Notes under the pieces: generated by a model | The model's database searches: none | Seen by the model: only the letters and a program-made list of their open reading frames with translations | Told to the model about the DNA's origin: nothing | In this document: piece after piece, positions 48,295 through 57,333 of the stretch | Position numbering within the stretch: position 1 is the stretch's first letter | Layout: each line of letters opens with the position of its first letter | Assembly: GCA_965232465.1 (NCBI GenBank) | Contig: OZ246977.1 | Coordinates: 1,348,649-1,412,648, forward strand | Length of the DNA stretch: 64,000 nt | Reading direction: 5' to 3' | Origin: Alphaproteobacteria bacterium | Lineage (GTDB): Bacteria > Pseudomonadota > Alphaproteobacteria > JAQWUY01 | Translations under genes and position numbers: made by a program

Positions 48295-49091
48295 TGGCGT
48301 AATAATATATGTTGTAATCCTGTGTCGTTATGGGCAAGTACATGCATTGGGGTGTATAAAAATTCTGATAAGGTGCCATTATAATACCCTTTGCCCCCTG
48401 CTTCTTCAACAATGATTAAGCCTGCTAGTACATCCCAAATGCTGACCTCGTATTCATAATACATTTCTGCTTGTCCCATTGCCACACATGCCAATGAATA
48501 GGATGCACAGCCGAAAAAGCGATATACCATATGCACATCTTCTATACGGCGGATAGTGTCGATATAATCGTCTATTTTCCATCTTACAGAACGGCTAAAA
48601 ATAGCCTTTGCCCTGTTGAATTCTGTTTCTTTTGATACGCATATGGGGGTATCATTCATGTATGCCCCATGCCCTTTGACCGCCCATAATAACATATTTA
48701 ACATAGGATAATATAGCATGCCCATAACCGCTTCGCCTTGGTCAATATAAGCAACGGATATACCCCATAACGGTATACCTGATACAAAATTACTGGTACC
48801 GTCAATAGGATCAAGCACCCATATACCCATTGTATTGGTATTGGTCTGTTTTGCAAACGCCTCCCCTTCTTCGGTCAGCATACGATCGGTTTTAAATGTT
48901 TCTGCTACCTGTGTCCGCCACAAATCGTCAATTGCCTTATCCGCCATGGTCACAAAATCTTGTTTGCGTTTTTCTTCGACAAAATTATCCGTATGCTCAG
49001 CTCGCATGCGGTGTGCCATTTCACCTGATTGTAATATGAGGTCTTTGGCGAAATCTAATCGGTGTTGAATATGTTGGGCGATATGTGTCAT
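48291..49091 (-). CDS. Inositol monophosphatase family protein (SuhB-like)
   Basis: IMPase motif WVLDPIDGTSNFVSGIPLWGISVA. Confidence 0.8.
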   Translation of the reverse strand: MTHIAQHIQHRLDFAKDLILQSGEMAHRMRAEHTDNFVEEKRKQDFVTMADKAIDDLWRTQVAETFKTDRMLTEEGEAFAKQTNTNTMGIWVLDPIDGTSNFVSGIPLWGISVAYIDQGEAVMGMLYYPMLNMLLWAVKGHGAYMNDTPICVSKETEFNRAKAIFSRSVRWKIDDYIDTIRRIEDVHMVYRFFGCASYSLACVAMGQAEMYYEYEVSIWDVLAGLIIVEEAGGKGYYNGTLSEFLYTPMHVLAHNDTGLQHILLRQ

Positions 49092-50149
49092 GGTTTCCTT
49101 TTCCTAGTTGTTTTACGATATACAGGCTGTATTTGTTGAAATCTTGTCCTGTACGTTATATGCTTTGTTTCACAATGTCCTTCGATAAAATGCAAAGCAC
49201 TGCGGGCTTGTTCAGATAAATTTTCTTCGATAGTCGAAAGTTGTACACTTGTAAGATTGCTCTCATTTTTATTATCGAATCCTAATATTTGTACATCTTT
49301 GGGGACTTTTATATGTATATCTTTTAAACTTTCAAGTACGGCAATACTCCACCTATCAATAACACCGAAAATACTGTCTAATTCGTTTAGGTCTTGCTTA
49401 ATTTTATAGGCAAGATTATAAAAGTCTTGATAATAATCCTTTTTGGCTTCATAGATCACCAATTCATATCCCTGTGATACCACATAGCTTTGAAATATCT
49501 CCATACGGCTACGGATGGTCAAGGACATGTCTTCTGCACAGGATAAAACCCCTATTTTTTTATGTTTCCGGGGGGATAGCATTTTTAACGCCAATCGGGC
49601 AACCGCCATAGGACTGTCACATACATGATACGCATCTTGAATACTAGGGTTGCGTTGCATCAGTACCATAGGGATATTGTGATCTTTGCATTCCTTAACC
49701 ATTTCAAGACTGGGATCTTCGGCTGTGCAAATAATGCCCTTTACCCGATAAGCAATAAATTGACGAATAAGCATATCAATACCCTGTTGCTGTTGTACAG
49801 GCATAATCAAAGGGTGCATGTTTTGTAAAATAGTTTCTTGTATCACCGAATATAAACGGGAACTAGCAAGCGGGGCTAGGTTGGTGGCAAACATATCAGT
49901 ATTATTTTCATTGTAATTGGGGTTGGTGGAGGCGACAATACCGATTAAATTTGAATGTTTGCTAAAAAAACCGCTGTTTATATAGTTGGTACGATACCCC
50001 AAAGTATTTGCCGCATCAATCACCTTTTTACCGACACTTTCTGATATATATGCCCCCTCAACAAATGCCCGTGACACAGTCGACTGGGATACGCCCGCCA
50101 ACCGTGCCACATCCATAGAGGTAATGCGATTGCCTAATTTTCTTGTCAT
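49088..50149 (-). CDS. LacI-family transcriptional regulator
   Basis: N-terminal HTH ITSMDVARLAGVSQSTVSRAF plus a periplasmic-binding-protein-like effector domain. Confidence 0.85.
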   Translation of the reverse strand: MTRKLGNRITSMDVARLAGVSQSTVSRAFVEGAYISESVGKKVIDAANTLGYRTNYINSGFFSKHSNLIGIVASTNPNYNENNTDMFATNLAPLASSRLYSVIQETILQNMHPLIMPVQQQQGIDMLIRQFIAYRVKGIICTAEDPSLEMVKECKDHNIPMVLMQRNPSIQDAYHVCDSPMAVARLALKMLSPRKHKKIGVLSCAEDMSLTIRSRMEIFQSYVVSQGYELVIYEAKKDYYQDFYNLAYKIKQDLNELDSIFGVIDRWSIAVLESLKDIHIKVPKDVQILGFDNKNESNLTSVQLSTIEENLSEQARSALHFIEGHCETKHITYRTRFQQIQPVYRKTTRKRKP

Positions 50150-50154
50150 GCCAT

Positions 50155-50288
50155 ACTATAGTTGATTTGGTATAAAATGATTCGCCATATTTATTATACT
50201 ATACATTTTATTTTGTTGGTAAGTTTAAGGGGCTAACGCCTCTCGCTCAGTATTATAAGTCAATCAAAGTATATTTAATTGACTATAT
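50155..50288. mobile_element. MITE-like repeat, copy B (134 bp), same family as 42001-42271
   Basis: Left actatagttgat and right attgactatat terminal inverted repeats. The shared module ggtataaaatgattcgcc...ttaaggggctaacgcc is followed by the near-palindrome gtcaatcaaagtatatttaattgac (50259-50283). The element overlaps the ugpQ stop codon and ends 6 bp from the lacI-family start. Confidence 0.5.
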
Positions 50289-51105
50289 TTCTAAAATCAC
50301 TGATACATTTTAATTCATCTGTTTGAAACACCCGAACGCCCATATCAAAAAGACGTCCCCAAATAGCACTGGGATTTTCCAAGCCTGCATCATCATGATA
50401 CCCTTTGATGCCATGGGAACACATCAAAGTGTTTACCCATATTTTTATATCATGTTCCTTAAAATATGTATAAACATGGGATAAAGTATCGAGGCTGTCA
50501 TATTTAGATTCCACCACCACTGCATCCATATAGGTTGCCAAGGCACAATATTGTTGCCAGTTATCTTTGTTAAAATGTAAAATGGGCATACCCAAACACC
50601 CTATAGTATCAGATATAGCCTGTAAATCTTGTATGCTTTGCACATCAGCTACATTATTTTTGATATCCACGAAATCTTGTGTATCTGTGCGTTTTATGAC
50701 CTCTGTAATATGGGGGAGTAAATGTCGATATTTAGCATCTAAGTCCAGATACACTTTCCCCCGTGCCATATCCACAAATTCTTCTAAGGTTGGTATAATC
50801 TGTTCCGTAATATGGGTATCTCTGCCGTCTGCGTATTTCAGCCGAAACTTTTTAAGATCTTGCATGGTTAACGATTGTGGGTCAATATCCACCCCCACCA
50901 TACGCAATAAACTCTTATCATGCATAACAAACAATACGCCATCGGCACTTTGTTGAATATCCACCTCCACAATATCATAACCATTATCAATACAGTGTTG
51001 CAGGGACAGCAACGAATTTTCAGGGGCATTACGCCACGCCCCACGGTGGGCAACAATGCCAAAAGTATTATCGAGTGATTTTATAAAATCCGTATAAGTC
51101 ATCAT
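50275..51105 (-). CDS. ugpQ: Glycerophosphodiester phosphodiesterase
   Basis: GDPD family; HRGAWRNAPENSLLSLQHCIDNGYDIVEVDIQQSADGVLFVMHD. Confidence 0.85.
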   Translation of the reverse strand: MMTYTDFIKSLDNTFGIVAHRGAWRNAPENSLLSLQHCIDNGYDIVEVDIQQSADGVLFVMHDKSLLRMVGVDIDPQSLTMQDLKKFRLKYADGRDTHITEQIIPTLEEFVDMARGKVYLDLDAKYRHLLPHITEVIKRTDTQDFVDIKNNVADVQSIQDLQAISDTIGCLGMPILHFNKDNWQQYCALATYMDAVVVESKYDSLDTLSHVYTYFKEHDIKIWVNTLMCSHGIKGYHDDAGLENPSAIWGRLFDMGVRVFQTDELKCISDFRNIVN

Positions 51106-51137
51106 AAATCCTTTTCTTAATATATGCCTTTATATTT

Positions 51138-52205
51138 TTATATGCGGGCGTGTGTATGTTTATTGAAAAAATGTAAGTCCTCAGCCAAGCAGGATATATA
51201 GATGGTATCACCCGCCGATGGCACCGTATTTTCAAATATGGATATATACATATCTACCCCATTACACACCACACGCATGGTGCTATATGCCCCCATATTT
51301 TCCACAAAACTTACTTTTGCTACGATTGTATTATCCATGGGCATATCGCTTATAATGATTTTTTCTGCCCGCATGCCCAATAAAACATCATCTGCTGTTA
51401 TATTGTGTGTATCACAAACAGATTGCCAATTTATGAGTACGCTACCTAAACCTTGTACAGCAGATAAAGGCACTATGTTCATCGCAGGGGTACCAATAAA
51501 CTGTGCCACAAATACAGATGCAGGACGATTATAAATCATTTCTGGTGTATCATATTGTTCGACAACACCATTGTTTAAAATCATAATTTTATCAGCTAAT
51601 GTCATGGCTTCTATTTGATCGTGGGTTACAAAAATGGAAGTTGCCCGAATATCATGATGTAAATCGGTTAATTCCACCCGCATTTCATGGCGTAATTTTG
51701 CATCCAAATTTGACAAAGGCTCATCGTATAAAATCACCTTGGGCTTTCGTACAATGGCACGGGCAATTGCCACCCGCTGTTGTTGTCCACCAGACAACTG
51801 TGAGGGACGGCGATCCAGTAAATGGGACAAGTCAACAATTTTTGCCACCTCAGCAATACGGGTGTGCCGTTCTGCTTTTTTTACCTTTGCCACTTTCATA
51901 GCATATCCAATATTATCGGCAACCGTCATATGCGGATATAAGGCATAATTTTGAAATACCATCGCCAGTCCCCGCTTTTTCGGTTCTTGGTCTTGTACTG
52001 CCGCCCCGTCGATATAAATTTCGCCACCGGTTACGGTTTCAAGCCCGGCAATCATATTCATTAAAGTGGACTTTCCACAGCCACTGGGTCCTAAAATAAC
52101 CGTAAACGCATTCTTATCAAAACTGACATTTAAGTTTTTAATAACCGCACCCGATCCATAATCTTTGGTGACATTTTTTAATTCAATATATTTTTTTTGT
52201 GTCAT
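51138..52205 (-). CDS. ugpC: ABC importer ATP-binding protein (UgpC/MalK family)
   Basis: Walker A GPSGCGKST, signature LSGGQQQRVAIARA, Walker B ILYDEPLSNLD and a MalK-type C-terminal regulatory domain. Confidence 0.85.
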   Translation of the reverse strand: MTQKKYIELKNVTKDYGSGAVIKNLNVSFDKNAFTVILGPSGCGKSTLMNMIAGLETVTGGEIYIDGAAVQDQEPKKRGLAMVFQNYALYPHMTVADNIGYAMKVAKVKKAERHTRIAEVAKIVDLSHLLDRRPSQLSGGQQQRVAIARAIVRKPKVILYDEPLSNLDAKLRHEMRVELTDLHHDIRATSIFVTHDQIEAMTLADKIMILNNGVVEQYDTPEMIYNRPASVFVAQFIGTPAMNIVPLSAVQGLGSVLINWQSVCDTHNITADDVLLGMRAEKIIISDMPMDNTIVAKVSFVENMGAYSTMRVVCNGVDMYISIFENTVPSAGDTIYISCLAEDLHFFNKHTHARI

Positions 52206-52472
52206 ATATATATCCTCCTTATATTATATCTTTAATCCACGGGAAATAATCCGATGATTAAGCATGATAATAATCAGCGGAATAACCGTTATCATAAGCC
52301 CTGCGGTCATAATCAATGTATAATCTGTAAGCCCTTCATAAGGGTCTTCTCTTAGGGAATTTAACCCAACCAATGCTGGCTGTATTTTTGGATTGTTGGA
52401 GGCAATTAACGGTCAAAAGTACTGATTCCATCCCCCCGTAAATAAAATTAAAAATAATCCTAGATAGTGTAG

Positions 52473-52847
52473 TCACGAGATTTTTGTCCATAATGCGATG
52501 CATCTGATTTGTACAGCGGCGAGAAATGAAGTGGTGTTTTTAGCGTATCTTGTTGCAATACCACGCCATCGTTTTAGGTGTAGAAACGCATTTTCCACTA
52601 AGCACCGCCAATGATACAGGTGTTCATCATACTCCCTTTGTTCTTTGCGATTCTTTCTTGGGGGAATAACAGGCTCTATACCTTGTTGTTTTGCTAGGTG
52701 TATGATATGCTCACTATCATATCCCTTATCTGCCAACAAATACTCTGCACTGATGCCTTCAATCAATCTGCCTGCTTGTGTGCAATCAGCCGTGGTACCG
52801 TTCGTAATAAGTATTCTGACCGGCATACCATGCGCATCCACGGCCAA
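52473..52847 (-). CDS. IS5-family transposase, C-terminal DDE ORF (orfB), reached by a -1 shift near AAAAGGGGG
   Basis: The frame upstream of the annotated start reads ...GLNTKIHLAVDAHGMPVRILITNGTTAD, the conserved DDE_Tnp_1 core. It overlaps orfA by 85 nt. Confidence 0.75.
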   Translation of the reverse strand: MAVDAHGMPVRILITNGTTADCTQAGRLIEGISAEYLLADKGYDSEHIIHLAKQQGIEPVIPPRKNRKEQREYDEHLYHWRCLVENAFLHLKRWRGIATRYAKNTTSFLAAVQIRCIALWTKIS

Positions 52848-53236
52848 ATGTATCTTCGTGTTGAGCCCCCTTTTGTGCGGCTCATATCTTGATTACCGCC
52901 TAGTGCACCAGATGCATGAGGATGCACCTTACAATGACTAGCGTCTATTATTAACCATTCATAATCCGGATCTGTAACTAAAATTTCCAACAACTTTTCC
53001 CATATCCCCTTATCACGCCAGCGGATAAAACGACGGTGCGTGTTACTCCAATCCCCTAAATCAGGCGGTAAGTCACGCCAAGGGGCACCTGTGCGTATAA
53101 TCCAAAATACCGCATTGATAAATAAACGGTTGTCTTTCGCTATACCACCCCATGTGCCTTTACGACCCGGTAAGTGTGGCTCTAATAATTCCCATGTTTT
53201 ATCACAAATATCATGGCGTCTGTGTGCTAATGTCAT
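52763..53236 (-). CDS. IS5-family transposase, N-terminal ORF (orfA)
   Basis: MTLAHRRHDICDKTWELLEPHLPGRKGTWGGIAKDNRLFINAVFWIIRTGAPWRDLP is the canonical IS427-group N-terminus. Confidence 0.8.
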   Translation of the reverse strand: MTLAHRRHDICDKTWELLEPHLPGRKGTWGGIAKDNRLFINAVFWIIRTGAPWRDLPPDLGDWSNTHRRFIRWRDKGIWEKLLEILVTDPDYEWLIIDASHCKVHPHASGALGGNQDMSRTKGGSTRRYIWPWMRMVCRSEYLLRTVPRLIAHKQAD

Positions 53237-53987
53237 CTCAATGTCCTTTATAATAGTGTTAATATCAAAAATACTATAACATAGTTCTTACCTCATGACT
53301 ACACTATTTAGTATAGTAGGCTTAGATTGAGGAATTAAAATATCCACTAAGAAGCGAAAGGGACCTGCTCCATCCATTTGTGCAGCCTTTACCATAGAGG
53401 GTGGAATCGTACGGAAGTACTGTACAAATACCAAAGTACCACCGGCTTCAATCATTAACGGCAAACTCATCCCCCCATAGGAGTTTAAAATATTAAACCG
53501 CATATCCAATGAATAGCCAAATATAAATGTCCACAAACCCCCTAAGTTTGCAATGGTATTTATGGGTAAAAAGATATTGGATGCCACTTGATACATAACA
53601 ATGGTTAGGGTATCCCCTGGTACCAAAATAATAACTATTACACACCCATACATCAGTTTGCGGATAAAATTGCCAAAAAACACGATGGTATAGGCAGCCA
53701 ATATGGCAAATAATATGCCCCCGCCACCAATCAATACACCTAAAATGGCACTGTTTAAAATTTGTCGTGGAATAAGTGTTTCTGTGCTAACCGTATATAG
53801 GTTTTGCCATAAATGTGTACCAAGTACCAACTGTAATTCCCCACCATTTTGTACAAAATCTGCATATGAAGTACTTGCAGTGGTTAAAATAATATACAAT
53901 GGCGTAAGTATATATATGCACCCCAATATCAAAACTGCATACGCAGTAATGTTTATGGAGCGGGTGTTTTCTATCATATTCATATCA

Positions 53988-54939
53988 TTATCTTTCATAT
54001 TTTATATGCTTACCAAGCAACAGAAATTGTAACCCTGCGATAGTCAATCCGATGATTAAAATAATAATGGTTTGTGCCGCCGCCCCCGATAAATCGAGTC
54101 CCACAAACGCATCCTGATATAATTTGTATATAATCAATGTGGTTTCCCCACGGGGATTACCTTCGGTCATAATGTTAATTAACGCAAATGATGATGTTAA
54201 ACCTTGGTTAATTTCCAATAACATGGTGATAAATAATTGTGGCGTAATAAAGGGCAACTGCATATCCCATAACCGTCGCCATGCCCCCGCACCATCCATA
54301 GCCGCCCACCGGAGTTACACTACCAATTGCAGCAGATAACCGTCGCCATGCCCCCGCACCATCCATAGCCGCCGCCTTATGCAAAGTATTTGGAATAGCC
54401 TGTAAACCGGCGAGTATAACCACAAAATTAAAGGGAATATTGCCCCATATACTGGCAATATAAATCATAATCCATGCGTGTAAAGTGTTGTCCCGTGGAC
54501 TCCATAGTTCGGGGTACTTATCGGCAAATCCCGCTAAAAACCCCATTTGTGGGTCAAGTATAAATACAAACACCACACCAGCACTAGCCGCTGCAAACGC
54601 CTTTGGCCAAATAAATACACTGCCAATATGACGGGTGCCACGCACACCTCTGTCCACTGCTAAAGCCAATATTAAAGATATGGAAATTGCCAAAAACGAA
54701 GAGATCATCATGTATATGATTGTCCGTATAACAACTGTGATAAATTCCCCATCGCTCAGCAATTCTATGAAATTATCAAACCCCACATATTCTGTACTGC
54801 CCCCAAATGGGGATTCCAAATGAAACGCCCAATAAAACGATACCAATATGGGTGTAAAGAAAAATAACATTACTAATATAAGGCAGGGGGAGGCAAATAG
54901 CATAGCATGTAAAGTATTATGAAAGTATCCTTGTCGCAT
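53988..54939 (-). pseudogene. ugpA: ugpA-like ABC permease pseudogene (frameshifted by a 67-bp insertion/duplication)
   Basis: The 36-bp sequence aaccgtcgccatgcccccgcaccatccatagccgcc occurs at 54271-54306 and again at 54338-54373, separated by 31 bp. MDGAGAWRRL is therefore encoded twice and the frame breaks. Both flanking frames are MalF/UgpA-like. Confidence 0.75.
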
Positions 54940-55015
54940 GTTTTTAAACTCTCTATCTCATTATTTATAGTCTGGGACGGTATATAACCGTCACAGACTA
55001 ATATTTAAAAATAGA

Positions 55016-56317
55016 TTATGGTAATTTCTTGCCTTTGTGGACTTTTTCAAACCGTCTTAACAGTTTGTTACCTTCGGATTGCGTGTGCCGTAATGCTTCT
55101 GCCACTGTTTTTTTACCATCGACAGCCTTGGCAATTTCCACTTTGAACACATCACGGAACTGCGGGTAAAATCCTAAGCGGATACCACGACTGTTTTCAC
55201 CTGTAGGGGCGTTTAAGGCGGTAAGTCCCATTTCCACCGCACCAAATTCTGGTTTTTCAGTTGCCCCTGTTTTTTGTAATTCCACAACCACATCATTGGT
55301 CATGGGCATATACCCTGTTGCCTCTGTTACCAAAATTTGCCATTCAGGTTTACGGATAAAATCTAAGAATGCTTTAATACCTTCGGCTTTATCTGCGTGT
55401 CCTTTCATCACCCAAATAGCACCGCCACCGATGAATTGGTTATGCCGTTTATATCCTTCGTACATCGGTGCCAATCCAACCATGAGATTATCACCCAGTG
55501 CATCGAATGCCTTTCTATACCCCCCTGTGGAGGCTTCAATCATGGCACAATCCCCCGCATCAAAGGCTTTTCCATAGTGGTTTTGTTTCAGATCTTTATT
55601 GACACTTACAAGACCTTGTTTACGCCATTCTAATAAATTGGTCAGGTGTTTTTCAATCAAACCGCCAGTAATTTTATATTCGGCATCCAGCCCACCATAA
55701 CCATTATTATTTGTCGCTAATGCTGTGTTGTGTCTGGCACCAAATTGTTCTATTACACGCCATGGGTGTAAATCAGTGGAAAAAATACACTGTTCACCAT
55801 TGGTCTTTAGCTTTTTACCTATCCGTACCAATTGTTCCCAAGTTTCGGGTAATTTTGTTTCCCCAACGGAAGCTAATTTTGTTTTGTTACCATAAAACAG
55901 AAAGGTGGAACCATTATAAGGTTGTCCCCATAAATTATCATTTGAATCTTGGTAATACGACTTTGACCCATTGGAATATGATGCCCAATCTGCATCTGTG
56001 GCAACTTGATAGGCTGGTATAACAGCCCCAGACATTAACATATCAGCTGTGCCCGCATCATAAAACAATATCATTTCTGGATGGTTTTTTGCCCGATATG
56101 CGGCAATTGCCTTGGTCACAATATCCCTATAAGACCCTTGTGCTATACAAGAAACTGCGTACTTATCCTGCGACTCATTAAACGCATCACAGGCTTGTTC
56201 TGTGGCAGGAAACAATGTTTTATGACTCGATGTCCAAAAAGTCAACTGGGTTTTGGTTGCTAATGCAGGGGTAGACAACATCCCCAACATTATAAGCGAT
56301 GATATAATTTTTTGCAT
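55016..56317 (-). CDS. ugpB: ABC transporter substrate-binding protein (family 1, UgpB-like)
   Basis: Signal peptide MQKIISSLIMLGMLSTPALA with an AGGAGA ribosome-binding site; SBP_bac_1-type periplasmic protein. ATG 56317 preferred over the track start at 56446. Confidence 0.75.
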   Translation of the reverse strand: MQKIISSLIMLGMLSTPALATKTQLTFWTSSHKTLFPATEQACDAFNESQDKYAVSCIAQGSYRDIVTKAIAAYRAKNHPEMILFYDAGTADMLMSGAVIPAYQVATDADWASYSNGSKSYYQDSNDNLWGQPYNGSTFLFYGNKTKLASVGETKLPETWEQLVRIGKKLKTNGEQCIFSTDLHPWRVIEQFGARHNTALATNNNGYGGLDAEYKITGGLIEKHLTNLLEWRKQGLVSVNKDLKQNHYGKAFDAGDCAMIEASTGGYRKAFDALGDNLMVGLAPMYEGYKRHNQFIGGGAIWVMKGHADKAEGIKAFLDFIRKPEWQILVTEATGYMPMTNDVVVELQKTGATEKPEFGAVEMGLTALNAPTGENSRGIRLGFYPQFRDVFKVEIAKAVDGKKTVAEALRHTQSEGNKLLRRFEKVHKGKKLP

Positions 56318-56782
56318 AACTATTCTCCTTATAATATAAATTTCTCTAAATGCAATGTGTATAAAAAATGTGATGCATATACCAACATACACATTAATTA
56401 TGAAAAAAATTATATTGTAAAAAATAGTACAAATCAATATAAGCAAATTGCGTCAGTATATATACCCACACAAAAATATTTTTTATATCATATTGAAAAA
56501 TAACAATATTTATAATATAATGCGATTGTTAAAAAAATCTAAAAAACACAATCCCCAAAAAATATGTGAATATTTACCCACATTATAAGAATAATTACCC
56601 ATAATAGATTCTAAATCTTAAAATACTTATGCATACAACCTGAAAAACATACTGCAAAACTAACCCATATGGCAGCATTTTTTATTCTTAGCCATCTGAA
56701 ATCTCTGATTAGCTGATAAACAAAGAATGCTGGGTGACCACACCCCAATAATTGTCCCACTTTTAGGTTAATGCTTTTTGTC

Positions 56783-56814
56783 ATATTGTCAATGATAAAT
56801 ATCATTGACAATAT
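56783..56814. repeat. 32-bp perfect palindrome ATATTGTCAATGATA-aa-TATCATTGACAATAT, two terminal-repeat-like arms of the MITE family placed back to back
   Basis: 15-bp arms around a 2-nt centre. The arm matches the MITE terminal repeat ATATAGTCAAT at 10 of 11 positions. Confidence 0.5.
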
Positions 56815-56829
56815 TTTGTGTTTTGGCAC

Positions 56830-56920
56830 TTGTGGGTTGTATCCTAATGCACTGTGTGAGTGGATGTGGTTGTATTCGTATTGCCACTGTCCTATGATTA
56901 CTTGTGCTTCTGATAGTCTC
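56830..56920 (-). pseudogene. Remnant of the C-terminus of an rve-integrase-type (IS3/IS481-like) transposase
   Basis: [32 protein letters not shown] matches the conserved C-terminal box (W..YNH.RPHSALGY.TP) of DDE-integrase transposases. No other transposase sequence lies nearby. Confidence 0.45.
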
Positions 56921-56923
56921 ATT

Positions 56924-57100
56924 TTGTCCGCCGGTATTATTGACCCAGCAAAAATCGTTCGCTGTGCCATTCAAGATGCCGCATCCATTGTTGGTTTGTT
57001 AATCACCACCGAAACCATGGTGGCTAATGAGCCTGTGGATCCTGCTGCAGCACCTGCTATGCCAACGGGTGGAACAGGCGGTATGCCAAGCATGATGTAA
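56924..57100 (+). pseudogene. groEL: groEL 3'-terminal fragment (last ~59 codons only)
   Basis: [58 protein letters not shown]-stop is the Cpn60 C-terminus, including the Gly/Met-rich tail. The upstream part of the gene is absent. Confidence 0.7.
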
Positions 57101-57333
57101 AATTTTTTGGTTTTAACCTTCAACATGTTCTTGAAAAACTCTCTTTAAAAACTCCTTTATTTAGGAAATTTCTTATTTTGTCTTAACTTTAAGATGAAAT
57201 TTTTTTGTTGCTTTTTTATTTTTTATAATGGTATAACTACTTGGATATTAACTACAGTAGTGAATCACATTTTGAATCTTAATGCAACACTTTTATGGGT
57301 TCACTGCCTAAATTACAATGAGGGAGAATTTAA

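Larger units (their letters stand above)
52460..53311 (-). mobile_element. IS5-family insertion sequence (IS427/IS1031-like), about 852 bp, with two overlapping transposase ORFs
   Basis: Imperfect terminal inverted repeats ctagatagtgtagtcacgag (52460-52479) and ctcatgactacactatttag (53292-53311), 18 of 20 matching. A TAG trinucleotide lies at both junctions. Confidence 0.8.
52265..53998 (-). pseudogene. ugpE: ugpE-like ABC permease pseudogene, split by an IS5-family insertion and carrying an in-frame TGA
   Basis: The 5' part (53998 down to about 53312) encodes a MalG/UgpE-type permease up to ...DILIPQSKPTI. The 3' part after the IS reads LFLILLILFTGGWNQYF-TGA-PLIASNNPKIQPALVGLNSLREDPYEGLTDYTLIMTAGLMITVIPLIIIMLNHRIISRGLKI. 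The TGA sits where UgpE homologues have Trp (WNDYLWP). Confidence 0.75.

Noticed and set aside
52473-53236. Treating the two IS ORFs as two independent host genes.
   Set aside because: They overlap by 85 nt, share IS5-family identity and sit between clear terminal inverted repeats. They form a single transposase unit.
56771-56923. N-terminal 50 residues of the plus-strand ORF 56771-57100 as part of a real protein.
   Set aside because: Only the last ~59 codons are GroEL-like. The upstream portion reads as a garbage translation ([13 protein letters not shown]...).
56611-56970. The 119-aa minus-strand ORF read as an intact transposase gene.
   Set aside because: Only about 30 residues match a transposase C-terminal box. 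The rest is antisense of the groEL fragment or AT-rich noise.
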